DNA from: Planctomycetota bacterium
GTDB lineage: Bacteria; Planctomycetota; B15-G4
Assembly (NCBI GenBank): GCA_965248575.1
Contig: CBDFJQ010000002.1
Location: 1,664,001-1,728,000 of the forward strand
Length of the DNA: 64,000 nucleotides
Reading direction: 5' to 3'
A program made the translations under genes and the position numbers. Under the pieces are notes generated by a model. That model searched no databases. It saw nothing but the letters and a program-made list of their open reading frames with translations, and was not told where the DNA came from. How positions within the stretch are numbered: the first letter of the stretch is position 1; each line of letters starts with the position of its first letter. Below, one piece after another: positions 1-10,116 of this stretch.

Positions 1-112
1 ATCACGATTGGCCCACGTGGCGCGCCATGTTGCCCAAGTACCTGGCCGAGATCTGAGGCCGATCGGTATTTCGTGCCCGGGCCTGTGGCAAGACCGACGG
101 CCAGACGAACAG

Positions 113-1018
113 CTAGCCCAGGAGCTGGGCCAGGGCCGCGTCCAATTCCCCGTAGCGGAAGGCGCAACCGGCCTCCAGGGACCGCTTCGGTAGCGCGCAC
201 TGGCCCGTCAGGAGGACATAGGCCACCTCACCCAGCAGCAGCTTCATGGCGAAACCCGGCGCCGGGAGCACCGCGGGTCGATGCAGCTGCCGACCCAGCG
301 CCTTGGCAAAGTCCGTCATGCGCACCGGGTTCGGGGCGGTGCCGTTGAAGGCACCGGTGGCTTCTTCATGCTCGAGCAGGTGCACGAAGAGAGCGCACAG
401 GTCGTCGAGGTGCACCCAGCTCATCCACTGTCGGCCCGAACCCATGGGGCCGCCCAGGCCGAGCTTGAAGGGCAGCAGCATCTTCGCCAGGGCGCCGCCG
501 CCCTGGCCCAACACGACACCGATTCGCACGCTGGCTGTGGAGATGCCCGCCTGACGTGCAGGTTCCGCGGCAGCCTCCCATTGCTGGCACAGCCGCGCCA
601 GGAAGTCGGCGCCAGTGGGGGATTCTTCGTTCAGGTCGTCGCCATCCGACGCTCCGTAGTACCCCACGGCGGACGCCGTGATGAAGCGGCGCACGCCGCC
701 GGGAGCCTTTCCCTCCGCGGTCCCTGCCCTCTCGCGAGTCGCGGCAGCCAGCTGCGCGAGGCGTCGCGTCGTGTCGAGGCGGCTTTCGGTCATCACCTGC
801 TTGTAGGTCGGCGACCAACGCTTGTCGAAGATGCCTGCACCCGCCAGGTGAAGGATGGCGTCCGCCCCCTTCACCCCCGCGGCGAGGCTTTCATCCGACC
901 AGTCGTGGTCACCCGAGGGCCCGCGACTCACCGTCGAGACCTGATGCCCCGCCTCACGCAGGAGAACAGCCAATCGTGAACCCACGAAGCCCGTCGCTCC
1001 CGTCAGCAAGACGTTCAT
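113..1018 (-). CDS. TIGR01777/YfcH-family NAD-dependent epimerase-like oxidoreductase (SDR)
   Basis: N-terminal 'VLLTGATGFVG' Rossmann motif, 'ASAVGYYG', 'FLARLCQQWE', 'GGPMGSGRQWMSWVH', 'FNGTAPNPV'. Confidence 0.93.
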   Translation of the reverse strand: MNVLLTGATGFVGSRLAVLLREAGHQVSTVSRGPSGDHDWSDESLAAGVKGADAILHLAGAGIFDKRWSPTYKQVMTESRLDTTRRLAQLAAATRERAGTAEGKAPGGVRRFITASAVGYYGASDGDDLNEESPTGADFLARLCQQWEAAAEPARQAGISTASVRIGVVLGQGGGALAKMLLPFKLGLGGPMGSGRQWMSWVHLDDLCALFVHLLEHEEATGAFNGTAPNPVRMTDFAKALGRQLHRPAVLPAPGFAMKLLLGEVAYVLLTGQCALPKRSLEAGCAFRYGELDAALAQLLG

Positions 1019-1572
1019 TCAGTACGACTCCGACTGGTCCGTCTGCGGGACTTGGCCACCAGGACCTTGAGCCCCAAGCGCTGCAGCACACCGCCCTTCA
1101 GGAACTGGTCGGCCAACTCATCCACCAGCGCCACGAGGCCTTCGATGGACTCCAGACGTTCCTTCAGCACCGCGCCCTCGCGCGAGCGATCCCCGCGCAG
1201 CTCGGGAATCCATTCGTGCAGTCGCTCCAGGATCGGGTCCCACTCACGGCGCTTTCGGGTCGCCACGATGTTGCGCACCGCGCGTTCCAGATTCGTCTCC
1301 GGGACATACTCGACCCGGCGACCTCCCGGCACCTTCTGGGCCTCCACGAGGTTCCAGTCCTGGAGTTCGCGACAGGCCATGCTCACGGCGCCTCGACTCA
1401 TGTCGAGACCCATGCGGATGGTCTCCGCGTCCTGCGGGTCCGCCTGGGTCAACAGCCAGCCGTAGACGCGCCCTGTGGCAGGGGACACACCCCAGAAGGA
1501 CCCCATCCGGCCCCAAAGGCCCACAAGGTCTTCACGAATGTGCTCCCTGGTACGTTCCCTTTGTTCGACCAT
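1015..1572 (-). CDS. GbsR/MarR-family transcriptional regulator
   Basis: 'WGRMGSFWGVSPATGRVYGWL...MSRGAVSMACRELQDWNLV' winged HTH and 'RKRREWDP'. Start re-called to ATG 1572; stop overlaps the downstream ATG. Confidence 0.88.
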   Translation of the reverse strand: MVEQRERTREHIREDLVGLWGRMGSFWGVSPATGRVYGWLLTQADPQDAETIRMGLDMSRGAVSMACRELQDWNLVEAQKVPGGRRVEYVPETNLERAVRNIVATRKRREWDPILERLHEWIPELRGDRSREGAVLKERLESIEGLVALVDELADQFLKGGVLQRLGLKVLVAKSRRRTSRSRTE

Positions 1573-1579
1573 GGCGCGA

Positions 1580-1620
1580 AGCCTAACAACGGGCGCCTGA
1601 ACTTTCAATCTTTCGTGAAA
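1580..1620 (-). promoter_or_regulatory. sigma70-type promoter (TTGAAA-N17-TAGGCT, extended TG) overlapped by inverted repeat TTTCA-N8-TGAAA (candidate GbsR operator)
   Basis: -35 at 1603-1608 and -10 at 1580-1585 on the minus strand; palindrome arms at 1603-1607 and 1616-1620. Confidence 0.6.
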
Positions 1621-1631
1621 CTACACAGCCC

Positions 1632-2843
1632 GTGAGCACCGCGACAATCATCGCCTTGACGTTGCTGACCATGGTCAATCTCGTCGTGGCCCTGCGCGCC
1701 CTGAGCCGTACGAATTCGAACGCCCACAGAAGGCGCGACAAGCCCTCTGGCGGACCGGCCGTCGCGAAACCCACAGCAACTTCGGACGCGCTCCCTGCCC
1801 TGGATCTGGGCGTCGTCGCCCGGGCTGCCGTGCGTGTCGCCACGGCCACACTCGTCGAGGTCGTTCTGGGCATGCTGCTGCTGAACCTCAGCTTCTTTGG
1901 CGTGGCGCACATCGCCTGGCTCGACCTCTCCGTTGTGGTTCCCGTGGCTGCTGGATACACGCTCCTGGGCCGCCCATCCGGGCGCCGCCTGACCCCTTGG
2001 GCTCGCGCTGCAGCGCTGCTAGGTCTGGGGATGATCCCCATCGCCATCAAGGCTCTCGTGTTGGACCCCTACGACCTGCAGGTGGAACACACCGTGGTGT
2101 CCCTTCCTGCAGAGAGGGACGGTGCCGACAGCTTCACTGTGGGCGTGTTGGCCGATCTCCAAGCCACGCGCATCGGTGAACACGAACGGGAGTCCGTGCG
2201 CCTGCTCATGGCGGAAGCGCCCGATCTGATTCTCATCCCCGGCGATCTCTTCCAGGGGCCCAGCTCCGAATTCGAGCAGCAGCTCCCACACTTCCAGGAG
2301 TTGCTCCGACAGCTTGACGCACCGGGCGGCGTGTGGGTCGTCTCCGGCAACTCGGACTACCTGGATGGACTCCCGCGCCTGCTGGAAGGGAGTTCAGCTC
2401 GGTTGCTTGACGACGAGGTGGTGCACGTCCAGATCCGTGACCGGCGAGTGGCCCTCTTCGGTGCAGCCGAACGGGGCAGGCGGGGCTTCCAACAGAAGCT
2501 CCAACAACTCACGCGCTTCCAATCGAATTTCGACGACGGTGAGGTGCGCATCGTGTTCAGCCACCGCCCCGGTCTGGTCAACGCCCTGGCGCCTGACTCC
2601 CGGGTCGACCTGCTCGTCGCGGGACACACCCATGGTGGTCAGGTTTCGTTCCCGTTCATCGGGCCTCCGATCGTCTTGAGCCCTCTGCCGCGCAAGATCG
2701 CAGCGGGAGGTCTCCACACCTTCAACGGAAACCGTCTCTATGTGAGCCGCGGTGTGGGCATGGAGCGTCTGCAGGCGCCTCGCGTTCGCTTTGGCGTCCT
2801 GCCCGAAGTCAGCGTGCTGCACTTCCAGAGCCCGCCCCGCTGA
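1632..2843 (+). CDS. Membrane-anchored calcineurin-like metallophosphoesterase (YkuE-like), paralog 1
   Basis: N-terminal TM helices, then DLQ / PGDLF / GNSD / SHRP / GHTHGGQV / YVSRGVG motifs. Confidence 0.88.
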   Translation: MSTATIIALTLLTMVNLVVALRALSRTNSNAHRRRDKPSGGPAVAKPTATSDALPALDLGVVARAAVRVATATLVEVVLGMLLLNLSFFGVAHIAWLDLSVVVPVAAGYTLLGRPSGRRLTPWARAAALLGLGMIPIAIKALVLDPYDLQVEHTVVSLPAERDGADSFTVGVLADLQATRIGEHERESVRLLMAEAPDLILIPGDLFQGPSSEFEQQLPHFQELLRQLDAPGGVWVVSGNSDYLDGLPRLLEGSSARLLDDEVVHVQIRDRRVALFGAAERGRRGFQQKLQQLTRFQSNFDDGEVRIVFSHRPGLVNALAPDSRVDLLVAGHTHGGQVSFPFIGPPIVLSPLPRKIAAGGLHTFNGNRLYVSRGVGMERLQAPRVRFGVLPEVSVLHFQSPPR

Positions 2844-2900
2844 GCAGCAGCGCGAGGCCTTGGCCATGCTTGGCCAGGCCGACACAAGCCGCTGGCTGGC

Positions 2901-5390
2901 CTAGGAATCCGTGCTGGGACCGTCTCCCGCCCGACAGAAGTCACGCCCCACGAGTGGCGTGACGAGGGCGGGCAGCAGAATCAGGCTCGATGCCAGGGAG
3001 ACGAGCAGGGCCGCAGAGGCGAGCAGACCGAAGTCGGCCACAGGAGGAAAGCGCGAGAAGGTCAGGATCGACAACCCCGCCACGAGCATTCCCGTGGTGC
3101 AGATCATGGGCTTGAGCTTGTGCCCCATGGTGCGTGCCACGGCCCCTTTCATCCCCAACGTGCTCCGGCTTTCGCGACGATAGGTGCCTAGCCAATGGAT
3201 GGAGTCATCGACAGCAATCCCCAACACCACCGCCGAGACCATCACGGTGATGGAGTTGAGCGGCAGATCAGCCCAGCTCATGAGCCCACCCACCACGGCC
3301 AGCGCGGGAACGTTCACCAGCACGCTCAAGACGGCGGCCCGCCAGGACCACCACAGCAAGGCCACGGCCAGGAAGATGGCCAGGACGCACAGCCCCAAGC
3401 TCTGGAGTTGGCTCTCCACCAAGCGCCGGTCTGCTTCCAAGATGTCATGGATGCCGCGCTGCACGTCGAGGCTGACCCCCTCAGGACACTCCTCCTCCGC
3501 GAAGGCCATGAACGTTTCGAGCAGGGCAAGGTACTCGGGCCCGGGCATGTCGTGGGTGCGGATCACCACCGCCGTGCGCTTGCCGTCGGCGTCCAGGAAG
3601 TTGTCGAGCAAGCTCCACTTGAGGCTTCGCAAGCCGCCCGTAAACAACTGTGACAAGAGCGGCGTCGCCGGCAGTTTCAACTCCGCAGACTCATCACCCG
3701 TCCACACCTGGTTCACCAACCCCATGATCAACGCATAGCTGTAGACGTTGGTGACGCCCGGCTGCTCTTCGGCGAAATGACGCAGGTCTTCCAGGAACTG
3801 CAGGGTCTCGGGTGCGGCGGCACCGCCAGCCGTGCCGCACGCCAGCTCCAGGTGGAACACGTGCACGCCGCCCAGGTGTTCGTCCAGGCGGGCGAGGCCC
3901 TGACGCCCTGGGCTGTCGGGGTTCAGGAACTCCGTGGCGCGGACGTCCGTGCGCAGATTCAGGACACCTGGCAGGCAGATCACGACCAGCGAGAGGGACG
4001 CTGCGCTCAACCAGAGTCGCTGTCGTCCTGCCCACCTGACGAAGTTCGTCATCGCCGCGCTCGCGTCGCACGGCGGCGCCGGGCTCAGCGTCCGATCGGC
4101 GCCCCGATCTGCCGATCGCGCCAGGAGCCAGAGCGGAAGGAAGGTGACGAGGCTGACAGCGACCACCGCCCAGGCCCCCAGGCCGCCGAACTCGCGCACG
4201 ATGTCCACGTCGCAGACGAGCAGTGACAGCAGGCCGATGGCCGAAGTCGCCAAGGCGATTCCCGACGGACGCGACACGAGCTGCAACGCCCGTGCAGCCG
4301 CCTGGCGGGCGTTTCCCGCACCACGGCCTGCGCCAGGCCGCACCGCGTGGTCGGGCTCCTGGGCCGCCGCCATGGCTGATTCCCGCAGGGCGCGCTGAAA
4401 TGCCGACACGAAGTGGGTCAGGATGCTGAGTTGCAAGCCCGCAATCAGCGGGATCAACATGGCGGTGTAGACGTTGAGTGAGGCACCCGTGAGGCGCAGC
4501 ACGAGCGGCAGTGCCGCCAAGCCGGCGGCCATGAACGCCAGCACCGCGCCCAGCAGCGCCAAGGAGCGAAAGCTCAGCAACAAGATCACGGCGGCGCCTG
4601 CCGCAGCAGAGCCCGCGAAGGCCCGCACGTCCTCGCGCACCGTCTCACGCACCTCCGCCTCGATGAACGGGAATCCGAGGACGTGGACCTCCTGCACCGC
4701 CTCGGCCAGCAACGATTCGTCGATCACCGCCTGGACGTCTGACTTCAGCGCTGCCACCTGTGCGGGCTGTGCGAGCTCACGCTCCAGAGTGAGCATGACC
4801 AACGCCCAGCTTCCGTCGCGTGAGATGAACAGGTCCCGAGCGAGGGGATAGGCCGTGACGAAGCGTCGCACCTCGGCCCAGCCGGCCTCCGGGATGGGCT
4901 CCAGGGGCACCATCGGCTTGAGCCCGATGAGCTCGCGCGGGTCCAGGCTGAAGCCCTGCTTGCGGACGGGCCGCCAGCTATGGGTCAGGCTCTTGATGTC
5001 CGTGACCCCAGGCAAGGTCGAAAGCCGTTCGCCCAGCCCACGGATGCGCGCGATACCCTCATTGCTCAGCAGGGCTTCGTCGCGGAGCAAGACACAGACC
5101 ATCGTCTGGCCGCCCAACATGGCCTGCACACGCTCATAGGCCGCCCCCGCTCGCTCGTCGCCGGACAGCAGCACCTCGGTCGAAGTGTCCAGTTCGAGGG
5201 GGTTCATGGCCCCCTGGCCAGCTTCCCCCGAGGGCGTCCAAGAGAAGAGGCCGCGGAGACCCAGTGGGGCCGCCACCGCCACGAGCGTGAGCAGCCCGGT
5301 GATGAGCAACGCTCGCTGGGCCCGTTTCACAGGAACCGTTTGCTCGAGGGCAGTCTTCATCCGATCGGCCTTCATCAGGTCATGGTCCAT
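2901..5390 (-). CDS. MMPL/RND-family lipid transporter
   Basis: Two repeats of TM + periplasmic domain + 5 TM; 'LGIAVDDSIH', 'FPPVADFG'. Start uncertain (5390 vs 5501). Confidence 0.88.
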   Translation of the reverse strand: MDHDLMKADRMKTALEQTVPVKRAQRALLITGLLTLVAVAAPLGLRGLFSWTPSGEAGQGAMNPLELDTSTEVLLSGDERAGAAYERVQAMLGGQTMVCVLLRDEALLSNEGIARIRGLGERLSTLPGVTDIKSLTHSWRPVRKQGFSLDPRELIGLKPMVPLEPIPEAGWAEVRRFVTAYPLARDLFISRDGSWALVMLTLERELAQPAQVAALKSDVQAVIDESLLAEAVQEVHVLGFPFIEAEVRETVREDVRAFAGSAAAGAAVILLLSFRSLALLGAVLAFMAAGLAALPLVLRLTGASLNVYTAMLIPLIAGLQLSILTHFVSAFQRALRESAMAAAQEPDHAVRPGAGRGAGNARQAAARALQLVSRPSGIALATSAIGLLSLLVCDVDIVREFGGLGAWAVVAVSLVTFLPLWLLARSADRGADRTLSPAPPCDASAAMTNFVRWAGRQRLWLSAASLSLVVICLPGVLNLRTDVRATEFLNPDSPGRQGLARLDEHLGGVHVFHLELACGTAGGAAAPETLQFLEDLRHFAEEQPGVTNVYSYALIMGLVNQVWTGDESAELKLPATPLLSQLFTGGLRSLKWSLLDNFLDADGKRTAVVIRTHDMPGPEYLALLETFMAFAEEECPEGVSLDVQRGIHDILEADRRLVESQLQSLGLCVLAIFLAVALLWWSWRAAVLSVLVNVPALAVVGGLMSWADLPLNSITVMVSAVVLGIAVDDSIHWLGTYRRESRSTLGMKGAVARTMGHKLKPMICTTGMLVAGLSILTFSRFPPVADFGLLASAALLVSLASSLILLPALVTPLVGRDFCRAGDGPSTDS

Positions 5391-5567
5391 CAGTCCTGGG
5401 AAGATCGGCGTGCGGCATCTCCATGACCTCGGCGCCAGCATGCGAAGCTGGCGTCGGGCCGGCTCCTGCGCAACTCTGAGTGACGGCACCCGTTCAAGCA
5501 ACGCTGGGCATGGCTTCCGTTCTCCCAGCAGCTTCCATCACCAGCGCCCTTTCCTGCGGATCCTCCT

Positions 5568-6671
5568 GTGAGCCCCAGCGACGTCGCGACACTCTGTGCT
5601 CTCTGCCTGCTCCATACGGCAGTGGCCCTGTGGGTGCTCCTGAGGCCCAAGACGGGTACGACCCTGCTGCATGTGTGCCTCGCTGCCGGCGCTGTCCTGG
5701 CGCTCACCTCGTTGGAGGTGGTGCTGCTCTACGGGCACCGCCTGACCCGGGGCGGTGCCATGCACCTGGCGTGGCTCGACCTGGCCTTGGTGCTGCCCTT
5801 TTCCGGCCTGGGGCTGCTGATCGCCGCGCGCGAAGGGCGCCGCGTCAGCTCGGGCGCCCGCAGAGCGGCGTGGGTGTCCTTCCTGAGCATCCCCTTGGTG
5901 GCCTATGCCCAGTTCATTGCGCCCTACGATGTCGTGCTGGAACAGGCCACGGTGCGCCTCCCCAGCAGCCGCAGCGGCGAATCGCCGCTCATCGTGGGCG
6001 TGCTCTCGGACATGCAGATGGCGCGGGTGTCCGAGCACGAGCGTCAGGCGGTGCGTCGCCTGATGGAGCACGTGCCGGACATCATCCTCTTGCCGGGCGA
6101 CATCTTCGAAGGTTCACCGGAAGCCTTTGTCGAAGCGCTGCCAGAGATCCAACAGTTGCTGTCGTTGCTCACGGCGCCCGGTGGGGTTTGGATCGTCCCG
6201 GGAGACTCTGACGTCTTTGGCCGCTTTGACCAGGTGACCCACGGCACGAGCGCCCGGGTCCTGCGGGACGAGGTGGTCTCGATCAAGGTGCGGGACCGGC
6301 AGGTGCGCATCCTGGGCATCGCACAGGAAGGCGAACCGGAACGGGCCCTACCGGAGTTCGAGTCCTTGGCGGGCGAGGATGACATCCGCCTGGTCCTGGT
6401 GCACCGGCCGCGCAACGTCGAATGGCTCCAGGAGGGTTCGCGGGTGGACCTCGTCATCGCTGGACACACCCACGGGGGACAAGTAGCCATCCCCTTCCTG
6501 GGGCCGCTGTATGTAGGCTCACCCTTGCCCACGAATGTCGCTGCGGGCGGCCTGCACGAGCTGGACGGGCGGCAGCTCTACGTCAGCCGCGGCCTGGGCA
6601 TGGAGCGCCATCAATCGCCTCAGATCCGCTTTTTGTCTCCCCCCGAGATCACCCTGCTGACCCTGCGTTGA
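5568..6671 (+). CDS. Membrane-anchored metallophosphoesterase, paralog 2
   Basis: DMQ / PGDIF / GDSD / VHRP / GHTHGGQV / YVSRGLG motifs; visibly homologous to 1632..2843. Confidence 0.88.
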   Translation: MSPSDVATLCALCLLHTAVALWVLLRPKTGTTLLHVCLAAGAVLALTSLEVVLLYGHRLTRGGAMHLAWLDLALVLPFSGLGLLIAAREGRRVSSGARRAAWVSFLSIPLVAYAQFIAPYDVVLEQATVRLPSSRSGESPLIVGVLSDMQMARVSEHERQAVRRLMEHVPDIILLPGDIFEGSPEAFVEALPEIQQLLSLLTAPGGVWIVPGDSDVFGRFDQVTHGTSARVLRDEVVSIKVRDRQVRILGIAQEGEPERALPEFESLAGEDDIRLVLVHRPRNVEWLQEGSRVDLVIAGHTHGGQVAIPFLGPLYVGSPLPTNVAAGGLHELDGRQLYVSRGLGMERHQSPQIRFLSPPEITLLTLR

Positions 6672-6689
6672 GGAGGCGCTGAGGCGGCG

Positions 6690-7568
6690 CTACAGGTAGC
6701 CGAAGTGTCGCAGCCCTTCGTCGGCCTCAGCCAACATGTCGGTCTGCTCCTCGGCGGTCATGACCTTCTTCCACTTGTCGTTCCGGCTGCCCAGCTGGGG
6801 AACGAGGTGGGCGTGCTCCTCGCCCCAGGGGATGTCGCAGAAGCCAGCGGCCTTGCGAAGCGTCCCCGCCGCATCGGCCACGAAGTCCTCGTAGCGCACC
6901 GTGAGCACCTGCTCGTGCGGCAAGCTCTGGCAGGCGTCGTCACACACCCGCGTGATGCGCGACCACAGGGCTCCGCTGTAGGCCGCGTAGTTCATGTCGG
7001 CCAGCTCAGGCCACATCTCCCGACCCACATAGGACCATCGCAGGTCTGCCTTCTTGCACTGCTCGAGAATCGAGTTTGCAACGGCTCGGCCGTCTCGCAG
7101 CACGTGGATGATCCGGCAGTTGGGCAGGGCGGCAGCCAACCAGCGGATGCGCAAGGCCATCCCAGGCTTCTTGTTCAGGAACACGGGCCGCCCGAAGTGG
7201 CGGATGTGGTCATTCACCATGCGATGGAGGCGACGCCGCTGGCTGTCGGTGAGGTCCGCTTCCGTGCGCTCCCTGACGCCGGTGGGCCAGAGTCCCTTCC
7301 AGAGCGCCGCTGCCTCGACAGGGCGGTGCGTGCCCCCCAGTTTCTCGGCGATGCGCACCAGGCCGAAGTGGGCCCGGAAGCGGCGCGTCAGGTTCGTCGT
7401 GTACGCGAAGGACGGGTGTTGGCTGAAGGTCTGGAAGAAGACGGAGGTCCCACTGCGGGGACAACCGACGATGAAGACGCTGCGGGGTTCTTCGTGAGGA
7501 GCCACCAAGGGCACTCCAGAATCAGCAGGCGGGGGACGCAGGTGCTCAGCAGCCCCCCGTCCTATCAA
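6690..7568 (-). CDS. PAPS-dependent sulfotransferase
   Basis: 5'-PSB loop 'IVGCPRSGTS', 3'-PB 'RDGRAVANS', 'VRYEDFV'. TTG start overlaps the trmFO stop. Confidence 0.9.
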   Translation of the reverse strand: MIGRGAAEHLRPPPADSGVPLVAPHEEPRSVFIVGCPRSGTSVFFQTFSQHPSFAYTTNLTRRFRAHFGLVRIAEKLGGTHRPVEAAALWKGLWPTGVRERTEADLTDSQRRRLHRMVNDHIRHFGRPVFLNKKPGMALRIRWLAAALPNCRIIHVLRDGRAVANSILEQCKKADLRWSYVGREMWPELADMNYAAYSGALWSRITRVCDDACQSLPHEQVLTVRYEDFVADAAGTLRKAAGFCDIPWGEEHAHLVPQLGSRNDKWKKVMTAEEQTDMLAEADEGLRHFGYL

Positions 7569-8911
7569 GGGGAGCTTTCAGAGGCCAGGGTGCGCTTGCC
7601 CCCCAACCAGGACAGCCCCTGCTCTTCGATCCAGTGATCCATGTCGGAGAGGGCTCGCTCGGCAGCCGCGAGGCGGCGCTCGCGCTTGCCCTTCACCTTG
7701 CGCTCCAGGGGCGGCAAGAGTCCGAAGTTGACGTTCATGGGCTGGAAGTTGCCAGCGTCCGCCTCGCGCAGGTGGGCCAGCAGGCCGCCGACCATGGTCG
7801 TCCGCGGAGGCGGTTCGAACGCGCGCCCTTGCAGGGCAGCCACGACACCGAGGGCCGCCATGAGGCCGGCCGCGGCGCACTCTGCATAGCCCTCCACCCC
7901 AACCAGCAGCCCACCGAACCAGAGATCCCTGCGCGTGCTCAGGGAAAGGTCTGGCTCCAGCAAGGCCGGCGTGTTGAGAAAGGTGTTCCGGTGGATCGAA
8001 CCCAGTCGTGCGAACTCCGCGTGCTCCATGCCAGGCAGCGTTCGGAAGACCCGCTTCTGCTCCCCGTACTTGAGCTTCGTCTGGAACCCCACGAGGTTGT
8101 AGAGCTGTCCGTGGGGGTCCTCCCGGCGCAGCTGCATCACCGCGTAGGGGATCCTCCCCGTGCGCGGGTCAGGGAGACCGACCGGGCGCATCGGCCCGAA
8201 GGCCAAGGTCTGTTCGCCACGCCGCGCAATCTCCTCGACCGGCATGCAGCCTTCGAAGAAGATCTCCTGCTCAAAAGGCTTGGGTTCCACCTTGTCCCCT
8301 TCGAGCAGCTCGCCGACGAACCGGGTGTACTGCTCCTTGTCGAGAGGGCAGTTGAGGAAGTCGGGGCTCCCGCGCCCGTAGCGGCTGGCAGCGTAGAGAA
8401 CGTCGTGGTCCAAGGACTCCGCCGTCACGATCGGTGCGATGGCGTCATAGAACGCGAGGTGCTCCGAGCCCGTCAGCTCGGCGAGGGATGCAGCGAGGCT
8501 GTCCCCCGTCAACGGGCCGGTGGCCAGCAGCGTGGGGCCTGTGGTCGGGACAGCCAGGACCTCGTCGCGGGAGATCTCCACGCCGGGTAGAGCTTCGATC
8601 ACCCTCGACACATGCTCCGAGAACGGCTTCCGTTCCACAGCCAGGGAGGCACCCGCGGGAACGCTGTGTTGCTCGGCGGCAGACACGATCAGGCTTCCCA
8701 GCCTTCGCATTTCCTCAAGCAAGACGCCTTTGCTGGTCTGCGGCGCGATGGATCCGAGCGAGTTGCTGCAGACGATCTCCGCCAGACCACCCGTCTCGTG
8801 TGCGGGCGTCAGGCGGGCCGGGCGCATCTCGTGCAGCCGGACCGGAACACCTGCGGCCGCAAGGACGCGTGTCGCCTCGCTGCCAGCCAGACCGCCGCCC
8901 ACGACGTTCAC
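7565..8911 (-). CDS. trmFO: FAD/folate-dependent tRNA m5U54 methyltransferase TrmFO
   Basis: 'VVGGGLAGSEA', 'EIVCSNSLG', 'FYDAIAPIV', 'FFEGCMPVE', 'GFQTKLKYGEQKRVF', 'FQPMNVNFG'. Start uncertain (8911/8947/8977). Confidence 0.96.
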   Translation of the reverse strand: MNVVGGGLAGSEATRVLAAAGVPVRLHEMRPARLTPAHETGGLAEIVCSNSLGSIAPQTSKGVLLEEMRRLGSLIVSAAEQHSVPAGASLAVERKPFSEHVSRVIEALPGVEISRDEVLAVPTTGPTLLATGPLTGDSLAASLAELTGSEHLAFYDAIAPIVTAESLDHDVLYAASRYGRGSPDFLNCPLDKEQYTRFVGELLEGDKVEPKPFEQEIFFEGCMPVEEIARRGEQTLAFGPMRPVGLPDPRTGRIPYAVMQLRREDPHGQLYNLVGFQTKLKYGEQKRVFRTLPGMEHAEFARLGSIHRNTFLNTPALLEPDLSLSTRRDLWFGGLLVGVEGYAECAAAGLMAALGVVAALQGRAFEPPPRTTMVGGLLAHLREADAGNFQPMNVNFGLLPPLERKVKGKRERRLAAAERALSDMDHWIEEQGLSWLGGKRTLASESSP

Positions 8912-8943
8912 GATGGACGCGGCTTCCTTCCCGACGTGGTCGC

Positions 8944-9957
8944 TCAGCCTGGGTACTCCAGCAAGACGCAACCCCATGAGTAACCGACCCCGAAGCCGAC
9001 GAGCAGCACCTTGCTGCCTGGCTTCACCCTGCCGGCGTCCATGGCGGAGCGCAAGGCGATGGGGATGCTCGAGGAGATGGTGTTGCCCACCTCGGCGATG
9101 TGCACCACGAACTGTTCGTCCGTCACCTTCAGACGTCGACGCAGGTGTTCCATCATGAACAGGTTCGCCTGATGAAAGACGAACAAGTCGACGTCCGGGA
9201 CGCTCAGCTCACGCTTCTCCAGGAACTCCCGGATGTGAGGCGCCACCGTGCGCAACGTGAAGTCGAAGACGTGCGGACCGTCCATGTGCAGGATCGGCTT
9301 CGACTCTTCGCAGGTCTCGTTGCCGGCGTGACCGCGCACGCCGCTCGTGGGCACGAGCAACTTGCGCGCCCCGCTGCCGTCCGTCCCATAGCTCACGTCC
9401 TCGATGAAGGCACCGCTTGTGGTGCCGTCAGCGTCCACGGCTTCGATCAGGCTCGCCGAGGCACCGTCCCCGAACAGGGTGCGCACATCCTGGCCGCCCT
9501 GCTCCGTGAAGGTCGAGAAGCGATCGCCGGTCAGAAGCAGGACCTTGCGCATGCGACCGGACTCCACCATCCCGGCAGCGATGCCCAGGCCGTAGACGTA
9601 GCCCGAACACCCCAAGCCCACATCCATGGCTGCAACGGACTTGGGCAAGCCCAACGCGTCGTGGATCATCCCCGCCGTGAACGGAACCAGATAGTCAGGC
9701 GTAACCGTCGTGAGCATCATCATGTCGATGCCCTCTCGCCGGGACGGATCCTCCGCGAACAAGGCTTCGGCGGCCTTCACCGCCATGTCGCTCGTGAACT
9801 CGTCCTCGGCAGCAACGTGGCGGGAATCGATCCCGGTCTTGTTGCTGATCTTCTCGGCAGACCACTCCCCATAGTGTTCGAAGATCAGCTCGTTCGTGAG
9901 TCGTGCTTCGGGAAGGTAGGTTCCGACTCCCGTCAGAGCGGCACGCGTGCGCGTCAT
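8944..9957 (-). CDS. fabH: 3-oxoacyl-ACP synthase III (FabH-like KAS III)
   Basis: Catalytic Cys 'LGCSGYVYG', His 'FHQAN', Asn 'GNTISSSIP', C-terminal 'GFGVGYSWG'. Confidence 0.88.
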   Translation of the reverse strand: MTRTRAALTGVGTYLPEARLTNELIFEHYGEWSAEKISNKTGIDSRHVAAEDEFTSDMAVKAAEALFAEDPSRREGIDMMMLTTVTPDYLVPFTAGMIHDALGLPKSVAAMDVGLGCSGYVYGLGIAAGMVESGRMRKVLLLTGDRFSTFTEQGGQDVRTLFGDGASASLIEAVDADGTTSGAFIEDVSYGTDGSGARKLLVPTSGVRGHAGNETCEESKPILHMDGPHVFDFTLRTVAPHIREFLEKRELSVPDVDLFVFHQANLFMMEHLRRRLKVTDEQFVVHIAEVGNTISSSIPIALRSAMDAGRVKPGSKVLLVGFGVGYSWGCVLLEYPG

Positions 9958-10116
9958 CGAACAGTCTCAAGAGGGTGAGGCGGCCCCGCCTGAGGCCGTC
10001 CGATCGGCATCCGGGGAGTGAAGTCGGACCCTAGCAGCTACCCTGAGCATGATCCAGCGAAGCAAGAGCAGGTGCCGGTCGTTAGCATGCTCTCGCGCCC
10101 TCGAGGAGACGCCTGC

